Part shown: one piece after another, positions 1 through 12,703 of the stretch
How positions within the stretch are numbered: position 1 is the stretch's first letter
Layout of the letters: each line of letters opens with the position of its first letter
Assembly (NCBI GenBank): GCA_002269645.1
Contig: NIVC01000006.1
Span: forward strand, 1-64,000
DNA length: 64,000 nucleotides
Direction: 5' to 3'
DNA from: Macrostomum lignano
Lineage: Eukaryota
Position numbers and translations under genes: made by a program
Notes under the pieces: generated by a model
What the model saw: the letters and a program-made list of their open reading frames with translations, nothing else
What the model was told of the DNA's origin: nothing
Databases searched by the model: none

Positions 1-129
1 TTTATGTCAACAATTACCACTTCGTAGTACCTTTGGGAGTGCGCGTTTATTAATTTTGTGATTCTATTTTATGTTCTTTATTCATGTACATTTATTGATT
101 TTATTGCTATTTCTGTGTACGTACAATGT

Positions 130-450
130 ACATCTAATCATTTTCCTACCCCCTCTCGGGCTAGAGAGGTTTCTGAAATGTACAGGGGTAAATGTACATC
201 TACCCCCTCCTCGGGGCTCGGGCTAGAGAGATGTCGATGGAATTTACACTCGCCCATCCAACCATTTTTTTTACCCTTATTCAGGCTAGGAGAGGTCTCT
301 GGAATGTAAACTCGTAACTCGTCCATCCAACCAATTTTCCTATCCCCTTTCTCGGGTCAGAGAGGTCTGGAATGCACACATACCCATCCAATCAATTTTC
401 CTGCCCTTTCCTCAAACTAGAAGTCTCTGAAATGTACACTCGCTCCTCTA
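130..450. repeat. Degenerate intronic tandem repeat (CTCTCGGGCTAGAGAGG..GAAATGTACA) in the BACE intron
   Basis: About five imperfect copies visible. Confidence 0.7.
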
Positions 451-492
451 TCAGACTTTCCTGAGTTGAGCTAGGACGCGTCTGAAACTCAC

Positions 493-1526
493 CACTCCTT
501 GCGAATCGGCACGTACAGCAGCGGGCCGCGCATCAGCTTCGGATCCACGCCGCCCAAAGTCAACGAGCCGTCCATGGCGTTGGAGGCATTGGAAGAAGTT
601 GCAGCTGCACGGTCGTGCCGCACAGTTCAATGCGAATACATCTGTCAGGCCCCATTGCTCTACTAGGCTATCGAAGAAAGTTTTAATTTTGGGATGCGGA
701 CTGGCAATGTGGCTGTAAGCCATGCCTAGAATGCCCTGCCAATCGGCTGTGTGTATAAAAAACTTTTTACTCGAATCGATGACGGCAATGTACGGCCGAA
801 TGGTCCTATTAGGATAGAATGACATCCGGACGAGGTCGGTTGCCAGGTGGCCGTTCCAGCGGCCCTGGGTGTAGGGCACGTACACGGACTGGCCTTGCCA
901 GACGATGGTGGACGACTGATCCGCGTGGAAGAAGCGTTTGATGTCGCTGTGAGGCTTGCCGGCCACTGCGAAATTGCTGCTGCCCGTGTCGATGAGAATG
1001 TTGAACTGCCGGGACATTGGTGGGTGCGCATGTTTGGGGGTTCGAGTCAGGTTATTACGGACAATGTCTAATACCAATTGATTAGGATTCTAACGCAAAA
1101 TATCCCATACCGTCTATACCGATATACCTGTGATCCCAATACACAATATCTCATTACTAAATTGCGTACCAAAAGTCCTAACCTAGAGTAATAAAAAAAT
1201 AAAAAACTAGATTGAGTAGCCAAAGAGCTCACCAACTGAGGTGGCGTGCCGATGCCCATCTCCAGACAATAGCCCTGACCAGGCGAGCCTTTCAGATTGC
1301 GCTCACTAGTCTCGAACGGTACAAAAGAGCGCTTGGAGAGCTCCTGGTAGCCGTGCACCGACTTGCCGCCGGGAATCAGGTAGCGCAGATGTCTCAGACC
1401 GATGGAGAAACCGCTTGTCCTAGCAGAGTCCTCACCAGTAGCCGAGCGTTGCAACGATGCACTAATAATGACAATCAGACGAACTAGTGTTGTTACTGAC
1501 CTCAACAAACCGATTGATGACGTCAT
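493..1526 (-). CDS. BACE: Beta-secretase (BACE)-like A1 aspartic protease, 5' part; exons 1526-1233 and 1005-493, gene continues beyond the left edge
   Basis: Hydrophobic N-terminus, then NLKGSPGQGYCLEMGIGTPPQL|FNILIDTGSSNFAVAG (catalytic DTGS), YVPYTQGRW flap and WQGILGMAY. GT-AG junction at 1232/1006. After two 1-nt deletions near 627 and 611 the frame continues GSLTLGGVDPKLMRGPLLYVPIRKEW to a GTGAGT donor at 492, matching the BACE GSMIIGGID..YTPIRREW segment. Confidence 0.9.
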
Positions 1527-3260
1527 CCTTCTCTAAAAGGCAACGCGAGCTCTCGTTCTCCCTATCTATTACTCGCTCTCTCGTAATTCGTTTTCGCCTA
1601 GCAAGCTTCCACTTCTCTGAGGATCTAGTCTTCAAGCAAGTAAAAAACGTTTTAATCAATCTGAGTCGGGGCTTGTGTGCTACTACTGGGTTAAAGAAGT
1701 CAGGACAACATATTATACTGCTAAAGTTTGTGCGTGCATTGCTATTGCAGTGAAGATTTGGAATGCCAATCCACAAGGATAATAGAAAGAAACAGATGGC
1801 CACTGTGCCAGGCGGTGCATGCGATCAGGTCCTCCCTTTCTCTCCACTCCCACTCGCGACTTCAATAATAAAAGACAGCCAGCCAGCCCCCGCACAAATT
1901 GGCCACGGACTGATCATGGATAGGCTAAGTACATTAGGAAAGTTAAAGGCAGTGTTTAACTGATCGGCCCGGCGGGGGGCGCTGGTGTACAGTGTGTGGT
2001 TCTGGGGTGGCGGGCGCAAAGGGTTTGAGTTTTATGGCGACGGGTCCAATCCCCCACCCCTCCCCGATCAGGCCGCAGTCGAACAAACTTAATAGATACC
2101 CCCACCCAATCCAAAATAGTTTCAGGGGTTCAGCATAGAAAAATAGCCGAAAACCCCACCAATGACTATATTAGTTGAAATCGATTGTTGAAACCCACCA
2201 CCTCACCACCAACACACTAGGCCAAAAAACAGGCAAGTTCACGCACGGTAGGCGTTCATGCGTGTCATATGCACTAATAACTCATTGATTGACTTGCAGT
2301 TGCAGGCAAAGACAATTTTGCTTCTTTCGGCTTACAGTAGCTATTTGAAAAAAGCTCGAAACTCAGTTTGAAATTGCAGTCGAAGAGCGCGTTACTCTAA
2401 GTCCTAGTCATAGGAGAATTCTCTTCCACGCCAGCCATTATCCATAACGTTCGCGTTTGCGCTCTCTTCTCCCGGTCGATCTTGCAGCAATTTTAGCCTG
2501 TACAAGAGAAGCTCATTTAACAATAAGCAATTGAGTTATCCTCACAGCGCAACAGCTATCCAATATACTAAAAATGATACCCACTCCACTGCCATACAAG
2601 AGGGCAGTCTAAACTTTCAATTGATTAATCATTAGGGGCATTAAAACTAAATATTACTACTTTAAGTAGTATTTCTAATAGCACGAACCGCTTTTACGAT
2701 CCCTAATTGATTACAAGCTGAGAGTACTGCAAAAATCTGCTATCAACGGCTGTGAAGTCCTTGTGAATTTTAGGGGATATGATGATGAAGCTTAGGAGAA
2801 AAAATAAAGAGATCAGACAGACGTTTTCTAGGCAAAGTTATTCTTTATGACATCATGACAGGTAATAAAATATCAATTTTTATATTTTGCACGCCAGACA
2901 GCAAGTAAAAAATGCAAAACAGAGAATAGACAATATCTTCAATGTAGTAAAATTCAGCTAACAGAAGAAATAAATTCAGAAGATTACTGGTAGAATCACA
3001 GATAATATACTATTAATTGTCAACAATTTACAATTGGCAAAATATGAGCATTATGAAATTTGTTAACTGGTTCCCAGAGGTCCCGGGTTCGAATCTTCAG
3101 TAACCCTATGGTTTATCCAAGGAGGAGCACCATATGACCCTACAATCCGTTGGCATCTAAGCAATACCCAACCCAATAAGCCTTTGCAACAGAGTAGCGG
3201 AAAGGTTTAATCAGCCTGCCGATATGTATCGAAAATTAGGTTTCATAGTGACTAGAAGAG

Positions 3261-5396
3261 TCAAAGCTCTTCGTGCAGCGCCATGCCGGCATTGACCAGC
3301 TTGGACCCGATAAATACGCTATAGTGATCCAGCATCTCGGCCAGGCTCAATGCTCCATCTTTGTTGGCGTCGGCGGCTCGCATGAGCACGGCGGCCTCCC
3401 TGGCGGCCATGGCCCGGCCCTCCGGCTGCAGGTAGGCGCGCAGTTCTTCTCGATCGGCCCGGCCGTCCCGGTTGAAATCAACTCGCTGATCGAATTCGTC
3501 CGCTCGAAGTTGCTGCTGGGCGGAGCTGTCCGCTTCACGCTGCTGGGCCTCGCCGTCGCCGAATGGCAGCTCTTCAACGATACGCGACTCAGGCGGCGAC
3601 ATGAACTCGCTGCGGGTGATGATCTGCGGTGCGGTGGGGGCAACCCCATTGGGGTTGGCGGTAAAGTCAGTGGTAGAGTGGTTGAGTGAGGTCAGCGGTA
3701 GATGGGCGGGGTAGAGTCAGCGGTAGATGGATGGGGTGGAGTCAGCGGTAGATGGGTGGGGTGGAGTCAGCGGTAGATGGGTGGGGTGGAGTCAGCGGTA
3801 GATGGTGGGGTGCAGTCAGCGGTAGATGGGTGGGGTGCAGTCAGCGGTAGATGGGTGGGGTGCAGTCAGCGGTAGATGGGTGGGGTGCAGTCAGCGGTAG
3901 ATGGGTGGGGTGCAGTCAGCGGTAGATGGGTGGGGTGGAGTCAGCGGTAGATGGGTGGGGTGCAGTCAGCAGTAGATGGGTGGGGTGGAGTCAGCGGTAG
4001 ATGGGTGGGGTGGAGTCAGCGGTAGATGGGTGGGGTGGAGTCAGCGGTAGATGGGCGGGGTGGAGTCAGGGGTAGATGGGTGGGGTGGAGTCAGCGGTAG
4101 ATGGGCGGGGTGGAGCCCCTACTCACCTGGTCGGCATTCCTATCCAGCGCAGCGAAGGCATCCTCCAAGCGATTCTCCAGCGTGGCGTTGCACAGTTCCG
4201 AGTGCTGGAAGCAGACGAATTCGTCCGCATCGAGCCAGCCGTCAGCGTCAGCGTCTGCCTGAGCCCAGCGGTGATGGTTGAGCGCCAGCTGCCTGCGATG
4301 TTCGGTTTGATAGGAAAGAATACTATTGTGTTGGCACAGTTGATTTTGAATGCGAGATGATAGTTGATGGCTGGGTCATTTAGGCTGGGATTTGGTAGGG
4401 ATGGGGTATTTTGGAATAGGACTTCGTGGAGATGGGGTATTTTGGAATAGGACTTCGTGGAGATGGGGTATTTTGGAATAGGATTTCATGGAGATGGGGT
4501 ATTTTGGAATAGGATTTCATGGAGATGGGGTATTTTGGAATAGGATTTCATGGAGATGGGGTATTTTGGAATAGGATTTCGTGGAGATGGGGTATTTTGG
4601 AATAGGATTTCATGGAGATGGGGTATTTTGGAATAGGATTTCATGGAGATGGGGTATTTTGGAATAGGATTTCGTGGAGATGGGGTATTTTGGAATAGGA
4701 TTTCATGGAGATGGGGTATTTTGGAATAGGATTTCATGGAGATGGGGTATTTTGGAATAGGATTTCATGGAGATGGGGTATTTTGGAATAGGATTTCACG
4801 GAGATGGGGTATTTTGGAATAGGAATTCACGGACGGGGGATCGCGCACCTGGCCTGATCGTCCGACAGCCGATAAGAGGTGACATCGTCGGCAAAGGCCA
4901 GGACCACAGTCCGGTTGCCGGTCAGGGCGGACATCAGCTCCACCGTGTAGTGGCGAAGGCTCAGTCTCGGTGGCTGCTGCTGCTGATCCCGCTGAACCGA
5001 GGCGATCAGCGCGGCGAAGACCAGCTGGCTGGAGTTCCTGGCCGCGGCCTCGTGCTCGGCCACAGAGCCGGCGATTCTGCCGGCCAGCTCGGTCGGGCTC
5101 AGCCGGCCGTCCGAGTTGGTGTCGATGCGCGGGAATAGCGCAGTTAAAATTTTGCGCGCCTCGGCGCCGCTCGAAGGCCGGACGGAGTCGTGCGCTTCGC
5201 CGAACAGCACTTCGCGGACGAAGTCGCGGTTAATGTGGGTGTCGGACTCCAACCGAACCGCGTCCGCGTGGTCAGCCGGGAGCAGGTGCTGCGGCAGGGT
5301 CGACTGGCTGCCGGCTTGGACGGGAGGCGAGCAGGATTTGCGTGGCAAAAGCAACAGATGCAGAAGCAGAAATTGAGACAAAACTGTCAACGGCAT
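3261..5396 (-). CDS. SDF4: CREC-family EF-hand calcium-binding protein, Cab45/SDF4-like; exons 5396-4849, 4292-4127, 3623-3261
   Basis: Signal peptide, multiple EF-hand loops (DTNSDGRLSPTE, DADADGWLDADE, DRNADQ, DFNRDGRADREE, DANKDGALSLAE). C-terminus FIGSKLVNAGMALHEEL resembles Cab45 FTGSKLVDYARSVHEEF. Phase-compatible GT-AG junctions. Confidence 0.85.
3660..4115. repeat. 25-bp minisatellite in SDF4 intron 2
   Basis: GGTAGATGGGTGGGGTGGAGTCAGC tandem copies. Confidence 0.95.
4398..4830. repeat. 31-bp minisatellite in SDF4 intron 1
   Basis: GGAGATGGGGTATTTTGGAATAGGATTTCAT tandem copies. Confidence 0.95.
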
Positions 5397-5489
5397 TGGC
5401 TGCGGGTTTCCCCGGCATAAGTTTGCGTGAGATAATAAACAATTCTGAAACTTAAGCCACTGTGCATTCTAGAGAATGGGCTGTGTGTA

Positions 5490-5905
5490 CTCTAGGGCAG
5501 GTTAAAGGGTATTTGAGCACTCTAGGGTGGGTCAAAGGATATTTGAGCACTCTAGGGCAAGTTAAAGGGTATTTGAGCACTCTAGAGTCGCTTAAAGGGT
5601 ATTTGAGCACTCTAGGGTAGGTTAAAGGGTATTTGAGCACTCTAGGGTGGGTCAAAGGATATTTGAGCACTCTAGGGCAAGTTAAAGGGTATTTGAGCAC
5701 TCTAGAGTAGGTTAAAGGATATTTGAGCACTCTAGGGTGGGTCAAAGGATATTTGAGCACTCTAGGGTGGGTCAAAGGATATTTGAGCACTCTAGGGTGG
5801 GTCAAAGGATATTTGAGCACTCTAGGGTGGGTCAAAGGATATTTGAGCACTCTAGGGTGGGTCAAAGGATATTTGAGCACTATCAATAGGGTGGGTCAAA
5901 GGGTA
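5490..5905. repeat. 30-bp minisatellite upstream of SDF4
   Basis: TATTTGAGCACTCTAGGGTGGGTCAAAGGA tandem copies. Confidence 0.95.
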
Positions 5906-7519
5906 TAACTGAGCAGGGTAGGTGAAAAATGGTTGCACTATTAGGCTGCCAAAATAGATAAAGGGGAACAGCTCGGGCGTTGAAGTAAGCGAAGCAGTGA
6001 AAATGAACACTGCGGTATTGAATTTTATATTGTTATGTCAAGAGTAAATGATACAAGTTTCTTAAAAAAATTATGTATATAAAACAGTTATTGAACCTTT
6101 GAAGACGCGAGAGTAACATGGAAAAAGGACTTCTTGGAATACATTCTAATTAAGATATGTTGAGAATGATTCAAACTCAAACTTGTTCTGCATGCGGTCG
6201 CTGAATAATTTGAGCGAGAAAATTGTCTATTGAATTATCTTTAACAGGAATAGACAAGCAATGCTTAAATAAATCATATACAGCGCATTGTACACTGGAA
6301 TATTTAAATATATATTTTACGCTTATTAGCAAATCATGAATATAAAGCAAGCCTACTTACTTATAGGCCTATGACGCAGACACGGATACTAGAAAAACTA
6401 GATGGGCCAACTCAGAAACCATTTGCGTGTAAGCTACTTTCAGTTCAGTAGTAAGTTAAAAAGAAGCATTTTAATGTATTCTTAAAGCCAAGGCTCAATT
6501 ATTAGCTCTCACCCCCCCCAGCTTGAGCCGTCCGAACACGCCTTTCCACACTATCCCCCCGCCCCAATTTTATTGCCTTTCTCGGAATTCCGCCCTAAAG
6601 CTGCCATGTACATTTCAGTGGACTGGCCAATGTACATTACTGCTGAACCAATTAGCAAGTTGTTTAAGCCTGCAAGCTTGGGCTTCTAAACTTATCAAAG
6701 TCATTTTAGCTGCCTTTATTCTTATAAAATAGCTTGTATATTCGTCTTTGCTACTGAACTGAAAGTAGAAAGCTGTTTTGCTAAGTAGTCGTATATATGC
6801 CCGAGTGAGCCATCTAGTTATAGTAGTATCTGTGAGCGCAGATCGATCAACCTTAGGCATGATTAATCGATAAATTGATTGGCAAAAATCAAATGACAGT
6901 CATTATAATAAGCACTGCTATGGGCACAAACAGACACCAAGATTGGAAGCCAGAAATCATAATTAAGTGGCAAAAGTTTAACTTATTAAAACTTATTAAC
7001 GTATTAGCTCACAGCCGAAAACAAGCATAATTAAACGAATGTCAGTATTGAACGTTTATGTAAGAGGGAAACTTGCCAATTAGTAAAAAATCTGCTTACA
7101 GATAAAAATATCATAAAAGATAGTATTACATAAAAGCATAGAATTATAAGCTTAATTAAAATTACTGGAATAGCAGTTTACCCTCATTTATATTGAATTC
7201 TAAATACCAAGAAAAACTCGCATATAAACACGACAGTAGTCACCCATCTTATAAAAAAGTATTCGTTAAAATCTTTAAAAACACAATAATCAATACATAG
7301 TTTGTGATGTTCTTTCTTAAAACTGAAGTTTTTTTCCAGAAAAAAACACTAGACTACTAACAGTAGCGGTATACTTCTAATTTATTCGTCTTCTATTTTA
7401 CTGTTTTCTACTATTATAAACCTAATAATGATCAAGTAATTTGTCGATTTCTGCTACTATCAGTAATACAAACAGTTTTTTAAATTGATTTTTTATTCAA
7501 AAAGATGGATCGATAATCC

Positions 7520-10328
7520 TTAGGCGGCAGCTCCGCTCAGCTTTTTCAAGGCTCCGACGCCCATCTCCTGGTACTCCTGCCGGCTAATCCAGAACTTATC
7601 GTCGTGATCCTTCATAATATCGGCCAGGATAGCGCCGCCCAGGAACACCATGTGCTTGCGCCTGGGCGGATCCTCGATTCGGATTTTAAACTTGCTCAAT
7701 CGTTCCGTGTCGCCTTTGAGCACCTGCTCCAGGTACAACTGCTTCATTTCCCTCTCTAGCCGGCTGGGCAGACCCGGGTACATTGTGGTGCCGCCCGATA
7801 GCACAATCTTCTTGTAGAACTCGGGCCTGATGTCCATGTCCGCCTGCTGGATGGTGTTGAACAGCAGTTCCGCCACGCCAACCCCGTCTACATCCACCAG
7901 GTGAGGCTGGAATAACGCCTCGGGAGCTTGAAAGCGCTCGCCACTTACCTGTGGTGTTTGGGGGGGGGCAACTGGCGGTTAATAAGCTGTTCTAGTTTTA
8001 CCGTCATCCCATTCCCCTCCTCCCTCTCGTTAACCTCTCCATCTCCCTTCCCTCTCATATCCCTTGCCTCCCATCTGCCTTCCCTCCCATCTCCCTTCCC
8101 TCTTATCTGCCTTCCCTCTAATCTCCCTTCCCTGTCAACTGCCTTTCCTCCCATCTCCCTTCCCTCCCATCTCCCTTCTCTTTCATATCCCTTTCCCTTT
8201 ATACCCCTTCCCTTCCATCTCCCTTCTCATCCCATTCTCTACACCTCAGAAGAATCTCCATCCGCTCCTCTTGTGTCACATCTCAATCCATCTTCTCAGC
8301 GGCCACCCATCGGCTCACCTTGATGACGCGGCCATCCGGCAGGGTGTACTTCTCGACCAGCACGGTGGTCTCCAGCGACAGCCGCTCCTCCTGAGCAATA
8401 TCGTAAGCCACATAGCACAGACGCTCCTTCAGCTGACGGATTGTCTCAAAATCAGCGCTAGCATTAAAAGCGTAGCCTCTGAGCAGCAGGAGCTTGATGA
8501 GATAGCGCGTGATGTCCCGGCCGGCAATGTTCAGCCGCTTGGTGAGATGCGGCAATGCGAAGCCGTCGTACACCGGGCAGATGTGGGTGACGCCGTCGCC
8601 TGAGTCAACTACAACTCCAGTGAGCAGGCCTTGAGCATAGAGGGTCAGCACCGCCTGAAATGTATAGTGCAAGGTCACTGCTCGTATTCTAGTGCTGAGG
8701 GTCGCAACTCATACACTGTACATAAGTTTCTACTTTGTACTTTTATTGGAGATGATAAATAGGCTGCTAACTCGCTAACTAACTACCCAACTAACTGACC
8801 AAGTGACTAACTAATTGACTAACTAACTGACTAACTGACTAACAAACAAATAAACTAACTAACTAACTGTCTGACTAACTAACTTACTAATAAAGTAAAT
8901 AACTAACTAATAACTAACGAGTAAGGTCACAATAACACGCCGAGACTTCACCTGAATAGCCACGTAGACTCCGGCAAAGTTGTACTTTTCAAACATTGCC
9001 TCAATCATGCGCTCCCGGTTCTTAGCCGGGTTCATGGGTGGCTCTGTCAGCAACACCTTGGTGTTCGGACAGTCCAGGTTCATCTTCTTCGGACCGAAGA
9101 TGTAGTCGTACAGGTGCAGCATGTCAGTCCAGTTGCTGACTATGCCGTTCTCCATTGGGTAGTTCACCTGCGATGGGAAGTAAGACAGGCAAATTAGCTG
9201 ACGTATATCTTTCCCTGCATTATACACTTCGACCATTGTGCTAATCTCGATTCCCATTGTAGAAGTAGAGAGTAGACTTCAGTCTTAATGGAACTACAGT
9301 TAGAACAACTTCCGGTTGTCGAACCTAATTGGAGATACAGTTAGAACAACTTCCGGTTCTCGAATCTAATTGGAGATACAGTTAGAACAACTTCCGGTTG
9401 TTGAATATAATTGTAGATACAGTTAGAACAACTTCAGGTTGTCGAACCTAATTGGAGATACAGTTAGAACAACTTCAGGTTGTCGAACCTAATTGGAGAT
9501 ACAGTTAGAACAACTTCAGGTTGTCGAACCTAATTGGAGATACAGTTAGAACAACTTCCGGTTGTCGAACCTAATTGGAGATACAGTTAGAACAACTTCC
9601 GGATGTCGAACCTAATTGGAGGTACAGTTAGACCAACTTCCGGTTGTCGAATCTAATTGGAGATACAGTTAGAACAACTTCCGGTTGTCGAATCTAATTG
9701 GAGATACAGTTAGAACAACTTCCGGTTGTCGAATCTAATTGGAGATACAGTTAAAACTTCCGGTTCTCTAATCTAATTGGAGATACAGTTAGAACAACTT
9801 CCGGTTCTCGAATCTAATTGGAGATACAGTTAGACCAACTTCCGGTTGTCAAATCTAATTGGAGATACAGTTAGACCAACTTCCGGTTGATAAAGCTGAA
9901 TTCCGAAGATAAATAATCTGATTACTTCCCTACTTCCGGTCTGACAGATCTGACTACAGTTGGACTGCTTCCGTTCATAAAAAAATCGCCATATTCAATA
10001 CTACTTCCGATTGTCGCAAAAGGCTATTCATTACTAGGTCCAGTCCCGGCTTCCGGAATTTAAACAGAGCTCTCGCCACTGTCACATTAAGAAGCGAGTG
10101 AAACGAAAAAAACATTTTTACCTGCAGCATCTGTCGAACTTCCGCAGCCTCGTCGCCCACCATCAGGTCGCGAATCTCCACGTCGCCAATTCGCGACGAG
10201 CTGCGCAGAATTGGCCGGCCAACCAGAGACGGGAAAATGTGCTCGGGATAATTCGCGCCGGCCCGGCCGCACTTGACAAATCCCGTGCCATTGTCGCATA
10301 CAACCACGTGTCTGCCTTTGCTATCCAT
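7520..10328 (-). CDS. ACTR2: Actin-related protein 2; exons 10328-10122, 9167-8952, 8654-8319, 7948-7520; 395 aa
   Basis: [66 protein letters not shown] are ARP2 signatures. All junctions are phase-0 GT-AG. Confidence 0.97.
8000..8240. repeat. Pyrimidine-rich degenerate repeat in ARP2 intron 3
   Basis: CATCTCCCTTCCCTC-like units. Confidence 0.8.
9290..9890. repeat. 41-bp minisatellite in ARP2 intron 1
   Basis: TGGAGATACAGTTAGAACAACTTCCGGTTGTCGAACCTAAT tandem copies with an internal ACAAC/GTTGT palindrome. Confidence 0.95.
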
Positions 10329-10464
10329 GCTGGCCTGATTTACAATTTGTAGAGCTTCTGAAATTTTAGCATTTAGAAATGGAATCAGATGCGCACGCCG
10401 TTAATAACTTTCTATTTCTACTAATAGTAGCAAAGAGAGAAATTTTATTGAAATATTTACAATT

Positions 10465-11190
10465 TTAAGGGGAATTACTCAAATGCTAAAGGCTCAGGGG
10501 GATTTACTCAGATGCTAAAGGCTCAGGGGGATTTACTCAGTTGCTAAAGGCTCAGGGGGATTTACTCAGATGCTAAAGGCTCAGGGGGATTTACTCAGTT
10601 GCTAAAGGCTCAGGGGGATTTACTCAGTTGCTAAAGGCTCAGGGGGATTTACTCAGATGCTAAAGGCTCAGGGGAATTTACTCAGATGCTAAAGGCTCAG
10701 GGGGATTTACTCAGATGCTAAAGGCTCAGGGGGATTTACTCAGATGCTAAAGGCTCAGGGGGATTTACTCAGATGCTAAAGGCTCAGGGGGATTTACTCA
10801 GATGCTAAAGGCTCAGGGGGATTTACTCAGATGCTAAAGGCTCAGGGGGATTTACTCAGATGCTAAAGGCTCAGGGGGATTTACTCAGATGCTCAAAACT
10901 CAGGGGGAATTGCTCAGATGCTCAAAACTCAGGGGGAATTGCTCAGATGCTCAAAACTCAGGGGGGAATCACTCAGATGCTCAAAACTCAGGGGGAATTG
11001 CTCAGATGCTCAAAACTCAGGGGGAATTGCTCAGATGCAAAAGGCTTGGGGGAATCACTCAGATGCTAAAGGCTCAGGGGGAATTACTCAGATGCTCAAA
11101 ACTCAGGGGAATTGCTCAGATGCTCAAAACTCAGGGGAATTGCTCAGATGCTGAATGCTCAGGGGAATTGCTCAGATGCTAAAGGCGCAG
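10465..11190. repeat. 29-bp minisatellite upstream of ARP2
   Basis: GCTAAAGGCTCAGGGGGATTTACTCAGAT copies grading into a GCTCAAAACTCAGGGGGAATT variant. Confidence 0.95.
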
Positions 11191-11959
11191 GGGAAATCGA
11201 TCATGAGCAAAGACCTTGGCTTATATGCCTCTAAGATGATAAATGGATTGATATCTCAACAGTGATGCAACGATGAAGCGTTTATTGATAAGAAAGCATT
11301 GAAGTCCGCTATGTAAGCATGTTTATGCACATATATTTGAATATTTAGCATAAATATAATGGCCTTGAATACCGCCCTCCATTGAAAACCTCTACTGATC
11401 TACTCGGCAGTAAAAAATCACAATTGCTGACAGACTTTGAGAAAAAATAAAGGTTATAAATTACAATCATAATCTATTTATTCAACAGGAAATCAGTTTA
11501 ATTAAACATTTTATATAGCCTCACAGATTTGGTCCGGGTTAGCAAGGTAGGAATAAAATAATACGATAATGCAATGCAGAAAGTTTATCGTAGCAACCGG
11601 AGCGCTTCTATCTGAGCCGTCATCATTTTGAATCATATTTTCAATTATTTTATTTATATCAATCTGAAGCCAATTAAATCAATAATCCAATAATAGATTA
11701 CTAATAGTAATAACCTTTGATTTTTCAACGGAATCGTTAACTGACTCTCAAGTTTAAGCGCTGACAGTTAATTACAGCAACAGAGACTGGATAATAATGG
11801 TGGATTTAAACACAGTTGAGCCGGTATAAACAAATAAACAACAGCGTATTGCCAGTGTCAGTAACAAACTAGATTTCATTATGGATGCCTTGTGCGAAAA
11901 AATTAATAGTTAATTAGCACGAGCGAGTGAACTGCCATTGAAATAACTGGATCCATTTT

Positions 11960-12550
11960 TATCCCAACAAATTCAAAATCCCATTCTCAACAAATTTAAA
12001 ATCCCATTCTCAACAAATTTGAAATCCCATTCTTAACAAATTTGAAATCCCATTCTCAACAAATTTAAAATCCCATTCTCAACAAATTAAAAATCCCATT
12101 CTCAAAAAATTTGAAATCCCATTCTCAACAAATTTGAAATCCCATTTCTCAAAAAAATTTGAAATCCCATTCTCAACAAATTTGAAATCCCATTCTTAAC
12201 AAATTTGAAATCCCATTTCTCAACAAATTTGAAATCCCATTTCTCAACAAATTTGAAATCCCATTTTCAACAAATTTGAAATCCCATTCTCAACAAATTT
12301 GAAATCCAATTTCTAAACAACTTTAAAATCCCATTCTTAGCAAATTTAAAATCCCATTCTCAACAAATTTAAAATCCCATTTTCAACAAATTTGAAATCC
12401 CATTTCTCAACAAATTTGAAATCCCATTCTCAACAATTTAAAAATCCCATTCTCAGCAAATTTCAAATCCCATTCTCAACAAATTTGAAATCCCATTTTC
12501 AATAAATTCGAAATCCCATTTCTCAACAAATTTCAAATCCCATTCTCAAC
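11960..12550. repeat. 23-bp AT-rich minisatellite downstream of Ral
   Basis: AAATCCCATTCTCAACAAATTTG tandem copies. Confidence 0.95.
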
Positions 12551-12703
12551 GCGCAGGAACTACAAATTTTGAATCCTGATCTCAAACTGAGGACAGAGCA
12601 TTGATCACTTGGACAAAAATAGCAACACAATGGCGAATAGAAAAAAACTGATTTTTAAAAAATCGCACAAAAGGCTGGCCTTCTTTGTAAAGAAAAAAAC
12701 GCG

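Noticed and set aside
9290-9890. 41-bp palindromic repeat array resembling CRISPR
   Set aside because: Units abut with no unique spacers, the array lies in a eukaryotic intron and no cas genes are present.
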